In this document: one piece after another, positions 61,514-64,000 of the stretch | Layout of the letters: each line of letters opens with the position of its first letter | Position numbering within the stretch: position 1 is the first letter of the stretch | Translations under genes and position numbers: made by a program | The notes under the pieces: generated by a model | The model's input: the letters and a program-made list of their open reading frames with translations, nothing else | Told to the model about the DNA's origin: nothing | Databases searched by the model: none | Assembly: GCA_010405405.1 (NCBI GenBank) | Contig: MU004238.1 | Coordinates: forward strand, 879,530-943,529 | Origin: Microthyrium microscopicum | Lineage: Eukaryota | Reading direction: 5' to 3' | DNA: 64,000 bases

Positions 61514-64000
61514 CTAAGTCTTTCCAGCGGCACCAGAAGCACCATCAGCAGCAGCACTAAATTTTCCAACCAATTCCTCAATCTTCGGCACCAACTCAGG
61601 CACGCGAAACGGCTTGCAGACCACATCGTCCATGCCTGCCGATATCAACGCAGCAATCTGTTCACTACGCGCGTTCGCTGTCACACCAATGATGGGTACA
61701 TGACCTGTCAGCTTGCCCGCCGCCTCCCATTGACGAATGGCTTTGGTAGACTCTATTCCGCCCATGACAGGCATTTCCCAGTCCATAAGAACCACGGCAA
61801 TGGGAATTGGAGTGTCAGTTTGGGGCATGGTGTCGGTGGCAGTGGTGTTAGTTGCGGTAGTATATTGCTTTGTGGGTGAGGATGATCCAGGAGGAATTCG
61901 CCAGAAGGTGGAGCGCTGAAGAATATCGAGGGCTTCACCGCCGTGGTTGGCGACTGTGACTGGGAAGCCTAGATTTTCGAGTTGTTTGCGGAGAACTTTT
62001 TGATTGACAAGATTATCCTATAGTGAGTGATTAGTGTATAGTAAGCAAAGAGGCTGGGATGATATGAGTTACCTCAACAACAAGCAGGCTGGGCCGCTTA
62101 ATAGGGACGCTGCTTGCGACCGCTTTGCCAGCTTTCCTGCTCTTTGACTCGAGAGATTTGAGGTTTGCTGGTATTCCAAGCTCAGGATTATCAGGTTTGG
62201 TTGAACGTCGAGTTTGGACATAGAAGGCAAACGAGGATCCTACGCCAGATTCACTGGCCACGCCAATTTCTCCACCTTGCAGTTCTGAGAGTTCTCTGGA
62301 TATAAAGAGCCCAAGACCCGAGCCACCATACTGTACATGTGTTCTGTGGCTTGCTTGTGTAAATTTATTGAACAGCATGAGGCGTTCAGCTTCAGTCAAT
62401 CCTGGTCCAGTGTCCCTGACGCAGTATTCAATAAATAACGGCTCACCGTCTCCCCAATCAGGTCCATGCATGAGGTTGTGATCCGGTTTGCTGCGGGCTG
62501 CAGAGTACTCGACCAGAGGATGTGATAATTTGCTGGGGCGCTCAGTGCTGGCTCTCAAAATAACCTCGATGACACCTCTACGAGTGTTAATATTGGAGGT
62601 GAATTTGATCGCATTGGTCATCAAGTTAATGAGGATTTGTCCAACTCGTTGTGGATCAAGCTTGGTCCAGTCGATATTCATTCTGTTGTAAGATTCATCA
62701 ACATTGAGTCTCATATCAATGCCTGCACTGTTGATCTCACTCTCAAACATCTTCAGGGCGCGCTGGAGGATAACAAGAGGTTGAACGTCAACTGGTGTGA
62801 CAAACAGCATGTTTGAATCGAGCTTTGAAAGCGTAAGAATGTCATCCACAATGCGCTTTTGATGTTGGGCGCAGAGTATTATGGTCTCAGCCGCGTCAAT
62901 ACAGTTGTTGATAGTGCTTTTATCACTGTCAAGTGGTGTATTAAACTCGCTCAAAACAGATGATATTTCGTCCGCGCATTGCAAAACGGCACTGAGTGGA
63001 TTACGCATTTCGTGACTGGTTATGTCGATGAATTCTTCTTGTAGACTCTTCAGTTTTACCGCTTCTTCCATTTTCTTTTTCTGAAAGCCTTGTGCCCATT
63101 TCTGAGTTGAGATATTGGTTATGTTGCCAAAGACGCTCTGCAATGCTCCCTCGGAATCGGACTCCTTTTCTGGGTGAGCGCTGAGTAAAACCCATGTGTC
63201 GGATTCGCTGCCATTAACATCAATCCATTTGGTTTTGAAGCGAAACTCAAAATTAGCAGGTTCGGCATCATGTATAAGCTTGTTCCATCTAAGTCGCACA
63301 GCTTCACGATCCGAATCGTGAACATAGTCAATCCAGTTGTCGGATAGATCTTTCGGAATGTCTGTGATTTCATACCACCGACTGTTGCAGTAAGCTAGTC
63401 GACCTTGCGAATCCGCGATAAACAAACCGGCCGGACTGAATTCGGCCATGTGGCTAAAGCGTGTCTCTATGGCTTTCGCCTCCTCGGTACGTTTGGCCAA
63501 TTGTGTGGAGAGTTCAATCCGGTCCAGAGCTGCCATTTTGGCTGCCTTTGCTCCTCGTTTAATCTCTTCTTCGAATAACACAACAGAAGCTAACGAGGTG
63601 GCTAGTTGACGAGTGAGAAGTTGAACGAATAGATTGTAGTCTTGGTCGAAAGGGCGTCGAGGATTTACTCCCAATACCATAAATCCTGCAATTTTGTTAG
63701 TGGAAGGCTCAAAAAGGCGGCTAAAGAGAGGAACTCACCCAAAACAGAATCACCAGCCGTCGCATGTACTGCGCATACAACTATCGAGCGGCATGGGTCC
63801 TTGAACCCTCGCCATTCAATTCCTTCCAGCTGCGAGTAGGGGAACTCGAGGGTTGCTGCATCAGCCAGGTCTTCTGGGTCATTGGTGCTGGATCGACTGC
63901 CTCGTCTAGATGATTGGCTGCCAAGAGCAGAGGGACCATCGACAACTCGAAGAAGGACAGTCCCATCCCCATTTAGTGCCTCTCGGAACATTGGAGCAAA
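61514..64000 (-). CDS. Hybrid sensor histidine kinase (PAS-HisKA-HATPase-receiver), 5' part outside the window
   Basis: PAS (FSPAGLF...WIDYVHDSD); H-box ITSHEMRNPLSA; N-box QILINLMTNAIKF; G1 DTGPG; G2 GGSGLGL; receiver LVVE-DN, LMDWEMPVMGG, IIGVTANA and KPF. Introns at ~63737-63685 and ~62072-62018. Confidence 0.95.

Noticed and set aside
47400..64000. Starship-type giant element carrying the accessory genes
   Set aside because: No DUF3435 tyrosine recombinase captain or boundary repeats are visible in the window.

Overview
Genomic DNA of a filamentous ascomycete (Pezizomycotina), judged from short GT-AG introns with CTRAC/CTAAY branch sites and from RIP-mutated repeats. The draft assembly has three N gaps (704-713, 2049-2844, 33452-33746). 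About 19 intact protein-coding genes are present: xanthine dehydrogenase, an F-box-like protein, SPO22/ZIP4, the AcuM/Rds2 Zn2Cys6 factor, CENP-Q/Fta7, RFC5, an ABM-domain protein, an HsbA-like secreted S/T-rich protein, a Zn-alcohol dehydrogenase, a proline-rich conserved fungal protein, STE11 MAPKKK, RAD7, two BTB paralogues, a PTH11-like receptor, a secreted DUF4185-like propeller, a pRiA4b-ORF3/MM3350-like protein, and a hybrid histidine kinase running off the right edge. Two AT-rich blocks missed by the ORF track are RIP-destroyed transposons that can be decoded by hand. The first (~29.0-36.5 kb) is a Helitron-like element (DUF6570, HUH Rep, PIF1 helicase) with ~2 kb of extra RIP'd sequence and a candidate non-canonical hairpin+ATTTT 3' end. 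The second (48548-51906) is a Tc1/IS630-type DD34E element with TA target duplication, bipartite 67+16 bp TIRs, an intron-containing transposase and a second, convergent ~580-codon ORF of unknown function; it is the most unusual object here. The first 4 kb is a degenerate, repeat-rich zone: a 55-bp minisatellite, a 152-bp triplication, an Mx-like dynamin remnant and a fold-back relic. All family assignments come from motif recognition by eye, not from database searches.
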